From the IMG/VR virus record IMGVR_UViG_3300038455_000034, positions 1 to 54,415 of that record: a stretch of 54,415 nt of DNA; one strand, 5' to 3'. The DNA comes from a virus. This document shows, piece by piece, positions 17,101 through 23,655 of the stretch. Below the pieces are notes generated by a model. The model had not been told where the DNA came from. It worked only from the letters and a program-made list of their open reading frames with translations, and did not search any database. Position 1 is the stretch's first letter; each line of letters begins with the position of its first letter. Made by a program: the position numbers and the translations under genes.

Positions 17101-17173
17101 TGCTGTTACCGGTCACACCTGTAGCATCATGCAATCTGACGGAATCATTGTCGTACAGGTGATCAATGAGTAA
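14144..17173 (+). CDS. Tail fibre / receptor-binding protein: (Thr-X)n tract, six ~41-aa propeller-like repeats, (Thr-X)n tract, C-terminal domain
   Basis: 1009 aa from ATG 14144 (ATGA overlap) with a hydrophobic N-terminus. It is the last gene of the tail block and is visibly lower in GC. Confidence 0.6.
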   Translation: MRKQALVIIVWIASVLSAVDSRYAWTATVTTGHDGTLGSSDIVKKDSTTGKVRCSQSAAGPIVYLPGNPDGGVPFDPCSTVHLAATDIGTKSQIPNTIPIRCDAGTICLGDMPPLPETATDGLIFTGVETLTDTDTITDTNTVTNTSTATNTSTVTNTSTVTNSITDTNTVTNTVTGTAPATNTITGTSTSTETSTNTTTVTSTVTNTNTNTTTSTGTVTSTVGNVYAAEYGGSIYMQSGGSGNFNDLSQSTRDWAHMTVCNGNVYAAVYSGDIYMQTGGTGNFIALSQTTRSWTGMACFGTNVYAATTGDIYMQTGGTGDFVALSQLLTSWGAMTACNNKVYAATGYSIYVQTGGTGNFVWAYDIDSENDIYGMTCNGTDVYASTSSGDIYMQTGGTGDFVAQNQTSRNWAGMTSLNNNVYAVVSEDDIYLRTGGTGNFAALGQTARIWYGMAALTQTQTGTATQTGTATGTQTATGTATQTGTETATQTGTYTYTETGSNTWTETGTQTVSYTATGTQSGTDTQTGTLTQTGTATQTESSTTSSTSTQTATMTVCDIRNECTIGQSATIAVESNSGLSLRTGTATATSTSAEQGKNPVLDTPGLLQGPTATCTAGQALSTTTDTRHTSCVDVNTSVNTHVAVLPNATKTFTATLTVSKTDIGTATPTPSAIPIAGADTATSTGTGYGLNAWVTHATGDLRIPSLTTSYFPIWNGATFENSRLSQSGYIINDVTLAASGSTRHLTYANQLAGNFVTYGHSKSNTETLSPTSNNTEVVAMDFDLVNSSSAWATAAVLRVYQAGAGGATYVPGAFEFLVASSSGAAVQRLVLASSGSTLTGHATEDLAKNSVSCSGKTKVNATDGQITSCTDATATDVGASKVSTAEGANTSSTKTTDGAGTWLTVASASINPASSATIVATASASVTAGYDDTECYIRTTIDGSGAFGNPYVRGVANYTVFTPYAKVARTTGVSGSHTVDLQLKDSAVTGHTCSIMQSDGIIVVQVINE
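14531..14812 (+). repeat. (Thr-X)n hexanucleotide-periodic coding tract 1
   Basis: Translation is TLTDTDTITDTNTVTNTSTATNTSTVTNTSTVTNSITDTNTVTNTVTGT... Confidence 0.9.
15511..15790 (+). repeat. (Thr-X)n hexanucleotide-periodic coding tract 2
   Basis: Translation is TQTQTGTATQTGTATGTQTATGTATQTGTETATQTGTYTYTETGS... Confidence 0.9.
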
Positions 17174-17180
17174 CAGACTA

Positions 17181-17468
17181 TCAATCGCAATGCGGATGTT
17201 CATCGGTCCAAGGCTCGCTCGGCTGATTCGCGCACATCGGCAGCGTGGTAGCGCTTGCGCACGAGTAACCCATGCAACGGACCACGGGACCGCACGACCA
17301 GCAGCCGAGTACGGAGAATGCGCCCGGCCCTGGCTCCCAGTACGCACAGCATGGCCCCTCCGGAACAGCTTCAGCCAGGCCGGCGTCAGGCCCCGGCGCG
17401 GGTGGAGTAATCAGGCCGTCGCAGCAGCCAGCCATGGACACGAGAATGAGTGCTAGGATGGTACGCAT
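17181..17468 (-). CDS. Cys-rich lipoprotein (moron-like, opposite strand)
   Basis: ATG at 17468 is preceded by aaggaga at 7-nt spacing. MRTILALILVSMAGC has signal-peptide and lipobox character. I count 11 Cys in 95 aa. It is convergent with the tail fibre. Confidence 0.65.
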   Translation of the reverse strand: MRTILALILVSMAGCCDGLITPPAPGPDAGLAEAVPEGPCCAYWEPGPGAFSVLGCWSCGPVVRCMGYSCASATTLPMCANQPSEPWTDEHPHCD

Positions 17469-18100
17469 GATGGTGTCTCCTTCGACCGCCCAAAGGGGTC
17501 CCGCGCACGGTCCCATTGCTGGCGGGCATCGGGCAGCACGAGACCCCTCTCGCCGGTCGAATCGTTTGATGCCCGCCAGGACATGCCTCTACGATACCAC
17601 TGGCTTCGGCGGAGGGCAAGCGAACGGCCCCTCGACTTGCGCCCGGGGCCGTCCAGAGCATGCCCAAGTTACCGCCGCTACAGACGGGTCGAGCACGCCG
17701 ATGCAGCATACCACGGAAGCTCCAAAAAAGCGAAACGCCGACTTGCATTTCTGCGGCCGGCGTTCCAAGCTTTCGGTCTGCTACAACCATGGAAACCGTA
17801 CCACGGCAACCACGCCAGCGCAAGCTGGCCAAGCAAGGCGCCTTCGGGGGCGCTGTTGGATCGCATCCCGCCGGGAGGTTGCCGGCGAAGGGCATGGAGC
17901 CCAGAAGCTCGACGGGCCGCTTTCGGCTCGCCCGTCCCACCGTCAGGAGAGGCGCGGACAACCACGGCCGCGATGCAGACGGGGCGCATGGCCTGAGAAA
18001 CCAGATGCCAGGACGATCCAACCAGGCCGCGCGCAAGCGCCAGCCAGGGACAACAGCGAGAGCATACGCCACGATACCCCAAGGCGTACCCGCATAAGCT

Positions 18101-18652
18101 GTGCCTGCCAGAATGGAGGGGATGGGCTCCATCGAGAGGGAGAGGGGGGACGTGGTCTATCCGCAGAAGGTGCCGCCAATGGATGAGACCGGCAAGCCCA
18201 AGGGACCAAGCGATACCGGGGAGCGACGGGTTCGCGCAGCCGCCCGAGAAGGAGCTCGGGAAGCATTGGAGAATGTCAGGTACACGCCACCGCCGGTTTT
18301 CGCGGAGGGGCGCATGTTCGACATCGCGAAGCAGGTTTTCGACCGTGAAATGCCGGCTCACCGTCTCCAGTGCATTACCGATGGTGATAGTGGTCCGGTA
18401 TGCAGACTGGCAAAGGAATTAGGGGAGAGGATCGACACTATGGAAACTACGATCGAAGGAATGAAAATGGAACGTGCCGAACAACGCGGAGCAAACCGCG
18501 AGATCGCCAAGGACGCGGCGAAAGCAACCACGTTGCGGGCCGCTGCGATCTCGGCGATATTGTCACTGCTGGTCGGGATCGGCATGTTCGCTCTCAACCG
18601 AGCTTTCCCGATGCACGGTACGCATACACCAATTGGAGCCAAGGCACCGTGA
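18101..18652 (+). CDS. Membrane protein with coiled coil and C-terminal TM helix; start uncertain (18101/18113/18122/18179)
   Basis: 183-aa ORF. The C-terminus ..LRAAAISAILSLLVGIGMFALNRAF.. is a clear hydrophobic helix. Confidence 0.55.
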   Translation: MPARMEGMGSIERERGDVVYPQKVPPMDETGKPKGPSDTGERRVRAAAREGAREALENVRYTPPPVFAEGRMFDIAKQVFDREMPAHRLQCITDGDSGPVCRLAKELGERIDTMETTIEGMKMERAEQRGANREIAKDAAKATTLRAAAISAILSLLVGIGMFALNRAFPMHGTHTPIGAKAP

Positions 18653-18673
18653 GTAGCAACTCCTGATTTGGTC

Positions 18674-18703
18674 TTGACAATCCGTGCGCGGGCACGGTAA
18701 GCT
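18674..18703 (+). promoter_or_regulatory. Candidate sigma-70-type promoter with a palindrome in the spacer; possibly yields a leaderless mRNA
   Basis: TTGACA 18674-18679, an 18-nt spacer, then TAAGCT 18698-18703. The spacer contains ccgtgc-gcgg-gcacgg (18682-18697). ATG 18710 lies 7 nt after the -10 and has no SD. Confidence 0.35.
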
Positions 18704-18709
18704 TCCAGC

Positions 18710-18922
18710 ATGCCAAACCCCAACGCGAAACACAAGGCCCGCGTGAGCGAGGCCGCGCGCTCGCTCGGGCGCCTAGGGGCGAGCGCAGGCGGCATAGCCC
18801 GCGCCGCGAAGCTGACGCCGCAGCAGCGGTCGGAGAGCGCCAAGAAAGCCAGCCTCGCGAGATGGGCCGCGACGTCGAAGCTCCGGTCATGGCCGAACAA
18901 AACAGAGAAGGATCGGCCATGA
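18710..18922 (+). CDS. Small basic protein with an LTPQQRSESAKKASLARW motif (probable nucleic-acid binding)
   Basis: 70-aa ORF. The motif ..GG.ARA.KLTP.QRSE.AKKA..ARW recurs in small phage/plasmid proteins. Confidence 0.55.
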   Translation: MPNPNAKHKARVSEAARSLGRLGASAGGIARAAKLTPQQRSESAKKASLARWAATSKLRSWPNKTEKDRP

Positions 18923-19191
18923 GCGAGCGCGACCCAGCTTTCGTCATTACCGCCATCTTGCAGCTCGTACCAAACGAGTCGCAATGGCTACGTTTGCGCG
19001 AGCGCTTGATAGATGTGCGCAGGATGGCGTTATGCTACTCGCTCGACGAATCTGGTGCGTGGCGCCAGCTTGCCGTCGTGTTGGCCACGGAGTTTTCCAT
19101 CGAGCCGGAGACCGACTGGATGCGAGCGATTTCTGAGATCGTCAAAGGACGCCGGCCGTTGCCGGCCACAACAAAGGGGGCACGGTTATGA
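18919..19191 (+). CDS. Hypothetical protein (90 aa)
   Basis: ATG 18919 forms an ATGA overlap with the upstream stop. Composition is protein-like. Confidence 0.55.
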   Translation: MSERDPAFVITAILQLVPNESQWLRLRERLIDVRRMALCYSLDESGAWRQLAVVLATEFSIEPETDWMRAISEIVKGRRPLPATTKGARL

Positions 19192-19478
19192 GCACGATGC
19201 GGGAACGGTTCGTCAGGTTCGTGGAGACAAACAAAAGGCCAGGCGTCTCGGTCGAAGAAGTTGAGGGCCTGATTGTTCAGTGGTGCGAGTCCGAAGTGCG
19301 TCTCGCCTTGGCACCGCGCGAGCAGAGCCAGGCCCTTGCCGATGCGGAATCTATAGCGCGGAAATGGAGAGACCACATCACTCCGCGGAGGAACATTACT
19401 CCTTCGGATCTCATCGCCACAATCAATGAGCTGGACCGCCTGCGCGGGTTGGTGCGAAGTCTCGGAGGTGAGCCGTGA
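19188..19478 (+). CDS. Hypothetical protein (96 aa)
   Basis: Track ORF with an ATGA overlap. Confidence 0.6.
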   Translation: MSTMRERFVRFVETNKRPGVSVEEVEGLIVQWCESEVRLALAPREQSQALADAESIARKWRDHITPRRNITPSDLIATINELDRLRGLVRSLGGEP

Positions 19479-19633
19479 ACGACCTGCAGCCTTTGCGCTT
19501 TGCGATCGAACTTGTGGGCTACATGATCGGTCTTGCAGGCTTTTTCTCGCTGATATTTTTGGGCGGAATCGCAAACGATCTCCGCGCTATCCGCAAGGCC
19601 CTGGAGAAGCTCGCCGAGAAGGAGGGCAAGTAG
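19475..19633 (+). CDS. Small single-TM membrane protein (52 aa; holin-sized)
   Basis: GTG 19475 forms a GTGA overlap. Translation is VNDLQPLRFAIELVGYMIGLAGFFSLIFLGGIANDLRAIRKALEKLAEKEGK. It is too short to appear in the ORF track. Confidence 0.4.
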   Translation: MNDLQPLRFAIELVGYMIGLAGFFSLIFLGGIANDLRAIRKALEKLAEKEGK

Positions 19634-19634
19634 C

Positions 19635-19877
19635 ATGACCCGCCTCTTCTTCGCCGTCGCCGACGCGCCGAAGTTCACGACCGGAAAGCCGCTCGCAGAC
19701 GCCTGCATCACGTTCAGCGAGCAAAGCCAAATCCTGAGTACGTCGTCCGACCCAAAGTGCGCCGACCTGATACGCGGCTTCTTCTTCGGCCGCGATTGGG
19801 CCATCGCGCGAATGCAGGCCACGATCGCGGCAATCGGGCCGCAGCAGAAACCGCAACCGAAAGGAACCACTCCATGA
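19635..19877 (+). CDS. Hypothetical protein (80 aa)
   Basis: Track ORF with an RBS-like gaaggaggg upstream. Confidence 0.55.
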   Translation: MTRLFFAVADAPKFTTGKPLADACITFSEQSQILSTSSDPKCADLIRGFFFGRDWAIARMQATIAAIGPQQKPQPKGTTP

Positions 19878-20566
19878 AACGCATCGTGAAAACCGGACGA
19901 GACACCTATCACGCAAGCTGCACCAACTGCGATTGCCAATTCACCTATGAACGCGATGACGTGGCGATCGACTACGGCACCGGCACGCACAGGGTATCGT
20001 GCCCGTACTGTGGCCACGCGATGACCCACTTAGGGTCGTCAGGCATCAAGCGGCCAATGCGGGGCAAGCTGCATCCATCGGCCTGCGTTGCAATCGCCAT
20101 CTGCCTTCTCGCCGTCTCTCCGGCCCGAGCCCAGTCGCTGCCTCTGCCCGTGCTGGAGCTCGGGGCCAGCTGGACATGCCAACCCCCGATCGCCCTCAGC
20201 GCGTACCAGTACAACCTCAAGACCGGCGAGTTTCAGCAAGGCGTGGCGCTCATGACCGGCTACGGCTGCACCTACCGAGGCTGGTCCGTCCCCCTTGGCG
20301 TTGCGGCCTATGGCGGTCTCGCGGTCAACAGCAACGCGCCCAACGCAGCCCAGGGCTCGGTCATGTTCTCGGTCGCCGACACGTTCGCCTTCGGCGTCGG
20401 CGCGCAGGTGTTCCGCTCGCCGGCGGACCAGTCGATGATCTCGCAAGGCTTGCTCATGGCCGCCCTCAACTACAACGTCGGAGGCTCGATCGCGGGCGTG
20501 CGCAACTTCGGGCTGCGGGCACGCTCTGCAGGTATGGTCGAGGGAGCAAGGGCGGTGCGGCCATGA
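19874..20566 (+). CDS. Zn-ribbon / TM / Gly-Ala-rich exported-domain protein
   Basis: ATG 19874 forms an ATGA overlap. It has CTNCDC...CPYCGH, then MRGKLHPSACVAIAICLLAVSPARA-QS (signal-peptide-like), then a 150-aa Gly/Ala/aromatic-rich domain. Confidence 0.6.
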   Translation: MKRIVKTGRDTYHASCTNCDCQFTYERDDVAIDYGTGTHRVSCPYCGHAMTHLGSSGIKRPMRGKLHPSACVAIAICLLAVSPARAQSLPLPVLELGASWTCQPPIALSAYQYNLKTGEFQQGVALMTGYGCTYRGWSVPLGVAAYGGLAVNSNAPNAAQGSVMFSVADTFAFGVGAQVFRSPADQSMISQGLLMAALNYNVGGSIAGVRNFGLRARSAGMVEGARAVRP

Positions 20567-20949
20567 CCGAGCGAGCGAAGGTGCTCCGCGAAGTGGCCGA
20601 CAAGGCGCGAAACGTGGGACCGCTCGACTTCTTCCGCTGGCTGCACGTGGAAGCTGAGGGCGAACCAAATCTGACCCAAGCCCAAATCGCAAGAGCGGAA
20701 TTTCGCAAGATGCTCGACGACCCAGACATGGAGCTCGCGTATCGCTCGAACGTGGCGATGCTCCTCAGCGACCGCTATGGCATGACCGACCACGAGACCA
20801 GTAACCGTGCGGCCAAGGAGATCCTTGCTCTCATCTGTCGCGATGACTATCTCGACGTACTGAAAGAGCATGATCTGAGAAAGGAGCCGCCATGCGCGTC
20901 GACTCTTGACGACGCTGCAGCCGGTGGGCCTGGACACACGATCGAATGA
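20563..20949 (+). CDS. Hypothetical protein (128 aa)
   Basis: ATG 20563 forms an ATGA overlap. Sequence is protein-like and helical. Confidence 0.6.
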   Translation: MTERAKVLREVADKARNVGPLDFFRWLHVEAEGEPNLTQAQIARAEFRKMLDDPDMELAYRSNVAMLLSDRYGMTDHETSNRAAKEILALICRDDYLDVLKEHDLRKEPPCASTLDDAAAGGPGHTIE

Positions 20950-20965
20950 AGCGAAAGGAAGAACG

Positions 20966-21331
20966 ATGAAAGCGCCAACCATGCACGTGACCATCAAGCC
21001 GACCGTCCAGCGGACGATCTACCTCGCCCGCCCGAGAGACCCCGACGAATCGAAGCGCGGCCCCGGCGAGCGAACCTTGGAGTCCTACCGCAAGAGCGGC
21101 CCGTGGGTCGTGGACTGCTACAACGCCCAGGGGAAGTGGATCTATGCGTACTACGGCCCGCGCAACATGAGCCGAGCGACGTCAATCCGCAAGGCGGCGC
21201 AGTGCCAGCGCATCCAAGATGACTTCGACGCCAAAGTGGCGACCAAACACAGGGTTAAGCGTCTGCTCGTGATGCCAGACGGGAAGGTAGCGTGCTTGCG
21301 CCGCCCCGGAGAAGAACCATGCGCGCCCTAG
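20966..21331 (+). CDS. Hypothetical protein (121 aa)
   Basis: ATG 20966 is preceded by aaaggaag. Confidence 0.6.
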   Translation: MKAPTMHVTIKPTVQRTIYLARPRDPDESKRGPGERTLESYRKSGPWVVDCYNAQGKWIYAYYGPRNMSRATSIRKAAQCQRIQDDFDAKVATKHRVKRLLVMPDGKVACLRRPGEEPCAP

Positions 21332-22107
21332 GCTGGAAGCGCCCTACGCTGGCCGAGCCTGGCAGGCGCACCTTCGCGGCGAAATTCGGCACCTCCGATC
21401 CGCTGGCCGGCGTCGTGGCGGGCAACCACTCGGACGCGACCGCGCTTCTCCCAGAGCAGCCGTTCGATCAGAGCGAGTTTCTCGCCTGTGTCGGCAACGC
21501 CGTGGCCTCGTCGATCATCGCCGCCCATGCGCGGGCCAGGCTTCCGCCGATCGCGCCGTCGCGAATGGCGATCTGGCAACGGGCGTTGACCTACTTCGGA
21601 CGGTGGGGCAACAACGAGGGCGTGCAGATCTGCACCGCAATCGATCTGTGCGCCGAGATGGGGATCCCACGCGAGCAGGATTGGCCCTACGACGGACAGC
21701 ACTTTGCCGCGCACCCCGGTCCGGCCGTCGACGTGAACGCGTACCCCTGGCGTGGCAGAGACGGCTACCACCCGATCGCGAGCTGGGGTGACGTCTTGAT
21801 CGCCGACCTGGAGCGCGCTTGCACAGTAGCCTACGTGGTGCCATTCGGCGTTGACGTCACCGAGGAGTTTTGCGCGAACAGGCCGACCGAGACTGTGCAC
21901 GCGCCGAAGCCGGGCGACGCGATAGCAGGCGGCCACGCCATGGTGCTGGCCGGCCACGATCGCGCGAACGAGCGCTTTATGGTGCGCAATTCATGGGGCA
22001 ACATGGGGGACCCGTCGCTGCCGCCAGGGTATTTGTGGCTCGGCTACGACTACCTGCGGACGGCCGCCGACATCTGGCTCGTCGACGCGACTGGAGGTGA
22101 CGCATGA
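21319..22107 (+). CDS. Papain-like cysteine peptidase (family C1)
   Basis: Q-x5-C (QSEFLACVGNA), GGHAMVLAGHD and VRNSWG motifs occur in papain order and spacing. Alternative start at 21292. Confidence 0.75.
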   Translation: MRALGWKRPTLAEPGRRTFAAKFGTSDPLAGVVAGNHSDATALLPEQPFDQSEFLACVGNAVASSIIAAHARARLPPIAPSRMAIWQRALTYFGRWGNNEGVQICTAIDLCAEMGIPREQDWPYDGQHFAAHPGPAVDVNAYPWRGRDGYHPIASWGDVLIADLERACTVAYVVPFGVDVTEEFCANRPTETVHAPKPGDAIAGGHAMVLAGHDRANERFMVRNSWGNMGDPSLPPGYLWLGYDYLRTAADIWLVDATGGDA

Positions 22108-22367
22108 GACGCCTGATCCTGCTTTCGACGCTGGCGCTGGGCTGCATCCCGCAGCCGGTACCGAGTGGCCCGACCTGCGCAGACGCGTGCAACAATGGAC
22201 GCAGGCTCTACGCCTCGGGCCTGGTCGACTGTGAATGGTCCGCCGGGGTGCCGTCGTCGGGCGCGAGTTGCGAGGACGTCTGCGAGAACGCCGGGCAACA
22301 CGGAAATCCGTGGCAGCTTGGCTGCCTCGCTCGCACCAACGAATGCGGCCCGCTGGTATGCCCATGA
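22104..22367 (+). CDS. Cys-rich lipoprotein
   Basis: ATGA overlap with the protease gene. MRRLILLSTLALGC is lipobox-like. I count 10 Cys in 87 aa. Confidence 0.65.
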   Translation: MRRLILLSTLALGCIPQPVPSGPTCADACNNGRRLYASGLVDCEWSAGVPSSGASCEDVCENAGQHGNPWQLGCLARTNECGPLVCP

Positions 22368-22636
22368 CTGAGTCTGTTAAAGTCTCACGTCAGCGCAGAT
22401 GGCAAATCAAGCAGCAGGGGCTTGGCCGGTGCGTCTTGTGCGCCAAAATTGCCGTGACCGCGTTACACTGTGCGCACCATGCTCTCCTCGTAGGCGAGAG
22501 GAAGAAACGCAATAAGGAGAGACGGCTTGGACGCTCTCTCAGACCATGTATATGCCGGAACTGCGGTCGAGTAGGTCACAACCGTCGAACCTGTGCACGG
22601 AGAGGATTTCGACCAAATGAGGGTAGCTACCAGTGA
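22364..22636 (+). CDS. Basic protein with a CCHC zinc knuckle
   Basis: ATGA overlap. CRNCGRVGHNRRTC matches C-X2-C-X4-H-X4-C exactly. Confidence 0.6.
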   Translation: MTESVKVSRQRRWQIKQQGLGRCVLCAKIAVTALHCAHHALLVGERKKRNKERRLGRSLRPCICRNCGRVGHNRRTCARRGFRPNEGSYQ

Positions 22637-22710
22637 TGCCCGTGGCCTGCCAACTCGTTTTGCTCGGCTTCTTCGTCTTGCTCATCATCTACGCGCGGGT
22701 GAGGGAGTGA
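22636..22710 (+). CDS. 24-aa hydrophobic micro-ORF (tentative)
   Basis: tgATG overlap upstream and GTGA overlap downstream. Translation is MPVACQLVLLGFFVLLIIYARVRE. Confidence 0.3.
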   Translation: MPVACQLVLLGFFVLLIIYARVRE

Positions 22711-22889
22711 AACGACGCAAGCCAATCGATCCTCGTGGCCACGCCGAAAAGATCGGCAGTCCGCCCGTCTTGATCGCGTGCAAGAACTGCCGGGCGACGC
22801 GACTACGAAACCAGAAATGGGGCGAGTCGTGTCAATTCTCCGTCGCTGCTAATGGTGGGCCTAACGAGAGACAGGCGGCGACGGGATGA
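22707..22889 (+). CDS. Hypothetical basic protein (60 aa; start uncertain, alternatives 22593/22617)
   Basis: The frame ends in an ATGA overlap with the RuvC gene, so something is translated here. The GTG 22707 start gives a coupled arrangement. Confidence 0.4.
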   Translation: MKRRKPIDPRGHAEKIGSPPVLIACKNCRATRLRNQKWGESCQFSVAANGGPNERQAATG

Positions 22890-23416
22890 TTTTCGTCGGC
22901 ATCGATGCGGGCAAGCACGGCGCCATTGCTTGGATGGACGGAGAGAGAAAGCGTATCGAACTGCACGATCTTCCGCTGCATTCCGACGGCTCCATGGATT
23001 ACGGGCGTATGAACGCTCTCGTAGGCTCCGCCGCGCTTGATTCTCATGGAGATGCTATCCTCGCCACCGTCGAAAACACGATCAGCATTCCGCACGCAGC
23101 CCGCGGCGAGCGCTTCATCCCGGCTTCTGACCGCATCCTTCACATGACTCTGGGAGCTTGGCTCGCGTTGCTGGGGGCGCACCATGTACCGACCACCCTG
23201 GTATACCCGAAAACCTGGAAGCGGACCATGCTGGCAGGAATCGCCAACGACGAACGGATCGAGGCCAAGATTCTCAAGCAGCGATTCCAGGATCACCCGA
23301 TAGCGTCGCAGCTTCATGGTCCGCGCGGCGGACTGCTCGACGGCCGCGTCGATGCGCTCTGGCTGGCCGAATACGGCCGCGTGACATGGAGATTCGGAGG
23401 AAAGAGGGCACCGTGA
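22886..23416 (+). CDS. RuvC-like Holliday junction resolvase
   Basis: MIFVGIDAGKHGAIA.. N-terminus, ..TVENT.., and C-terminal ..DGRVDALWLAEYG match the acidic residues of the RuvC/RusA-type RNase H fold. Confidence 0.75.
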   Translation: MIFVGIDAGKHGAIAWMDGERKRIELHDLPLHSDGSMDYGRMNALVGSAALDSHGDAILATVENTISIPHAARGERFIPASDRILHMTLGAWLALLGAHHVPTTLVYPKTWKRTMLAGIANDERIEAKILKQRFQDHPIASQLHGPRGGLLDGRVDALWLAEYGRVTWRFGGKRAP

Positions 23417-23655
23417 ACCAGCTCACGATCTCGACCAAGGTCAACGAAGATGGAGATTTCGAGGCTAGGGCAGACGGACTCGGTGTGATCGGCGCTGGTC
23501 CAACTACCGAGTCCGCAATCTCCGACTTGCGCGAAACCATCACATCGATGTGGGATGAGTTCTCTCAAACGCCAGCCGCGAGGCTATCCGACGATGCGCT
23601 AGAGTTGTTCATGAACATGCGGCGTTGTGGGGTGGGCCAGAAGGATGCGCCATGA
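23413..23655 (+). CDS. HicB-like small protein (putative)
   Basis: GTG 23413 forms a GTGA overlap. ..DGDFEARADGLGVIGAGPTTESAISDLRETI.. resembles the HicB/UPF0150 fold signature. Confidence 0.45.
   Translation: MNQLTISTKVNEDGDFEARADGLGVIGAGPTTESAISDLRETITSMWDEFSQTPAARLSDDALELFMNMRRCGVGQKDAP

Noticed and set aside
17540-17580. tRNA-like T-arm (ggtcgaatc) as a possible tRNA gene or attP core
   Set aside because: The flanking bases do not form acceptor or T stems, and no cloverleaf can be drawn. A similar gttcgaaccc at ~5725 lies inside the tape-measure gene.
17272-18361. Long ORFs 17272..18186 (+, 304 aa), 17386..18132 (-, 248 aa) and 17678..18361 (-, 227 aa)
   Set aside because: They are mutually overlapping and Arg/Pro/Gly/Ser-rich, with no RBS or recognisable motif. 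The minus ORFs would collide with the well-supported lipoprotein gene or the 18101 gene. The region is kept as a finding of unexplained sequence rather than called as coding.
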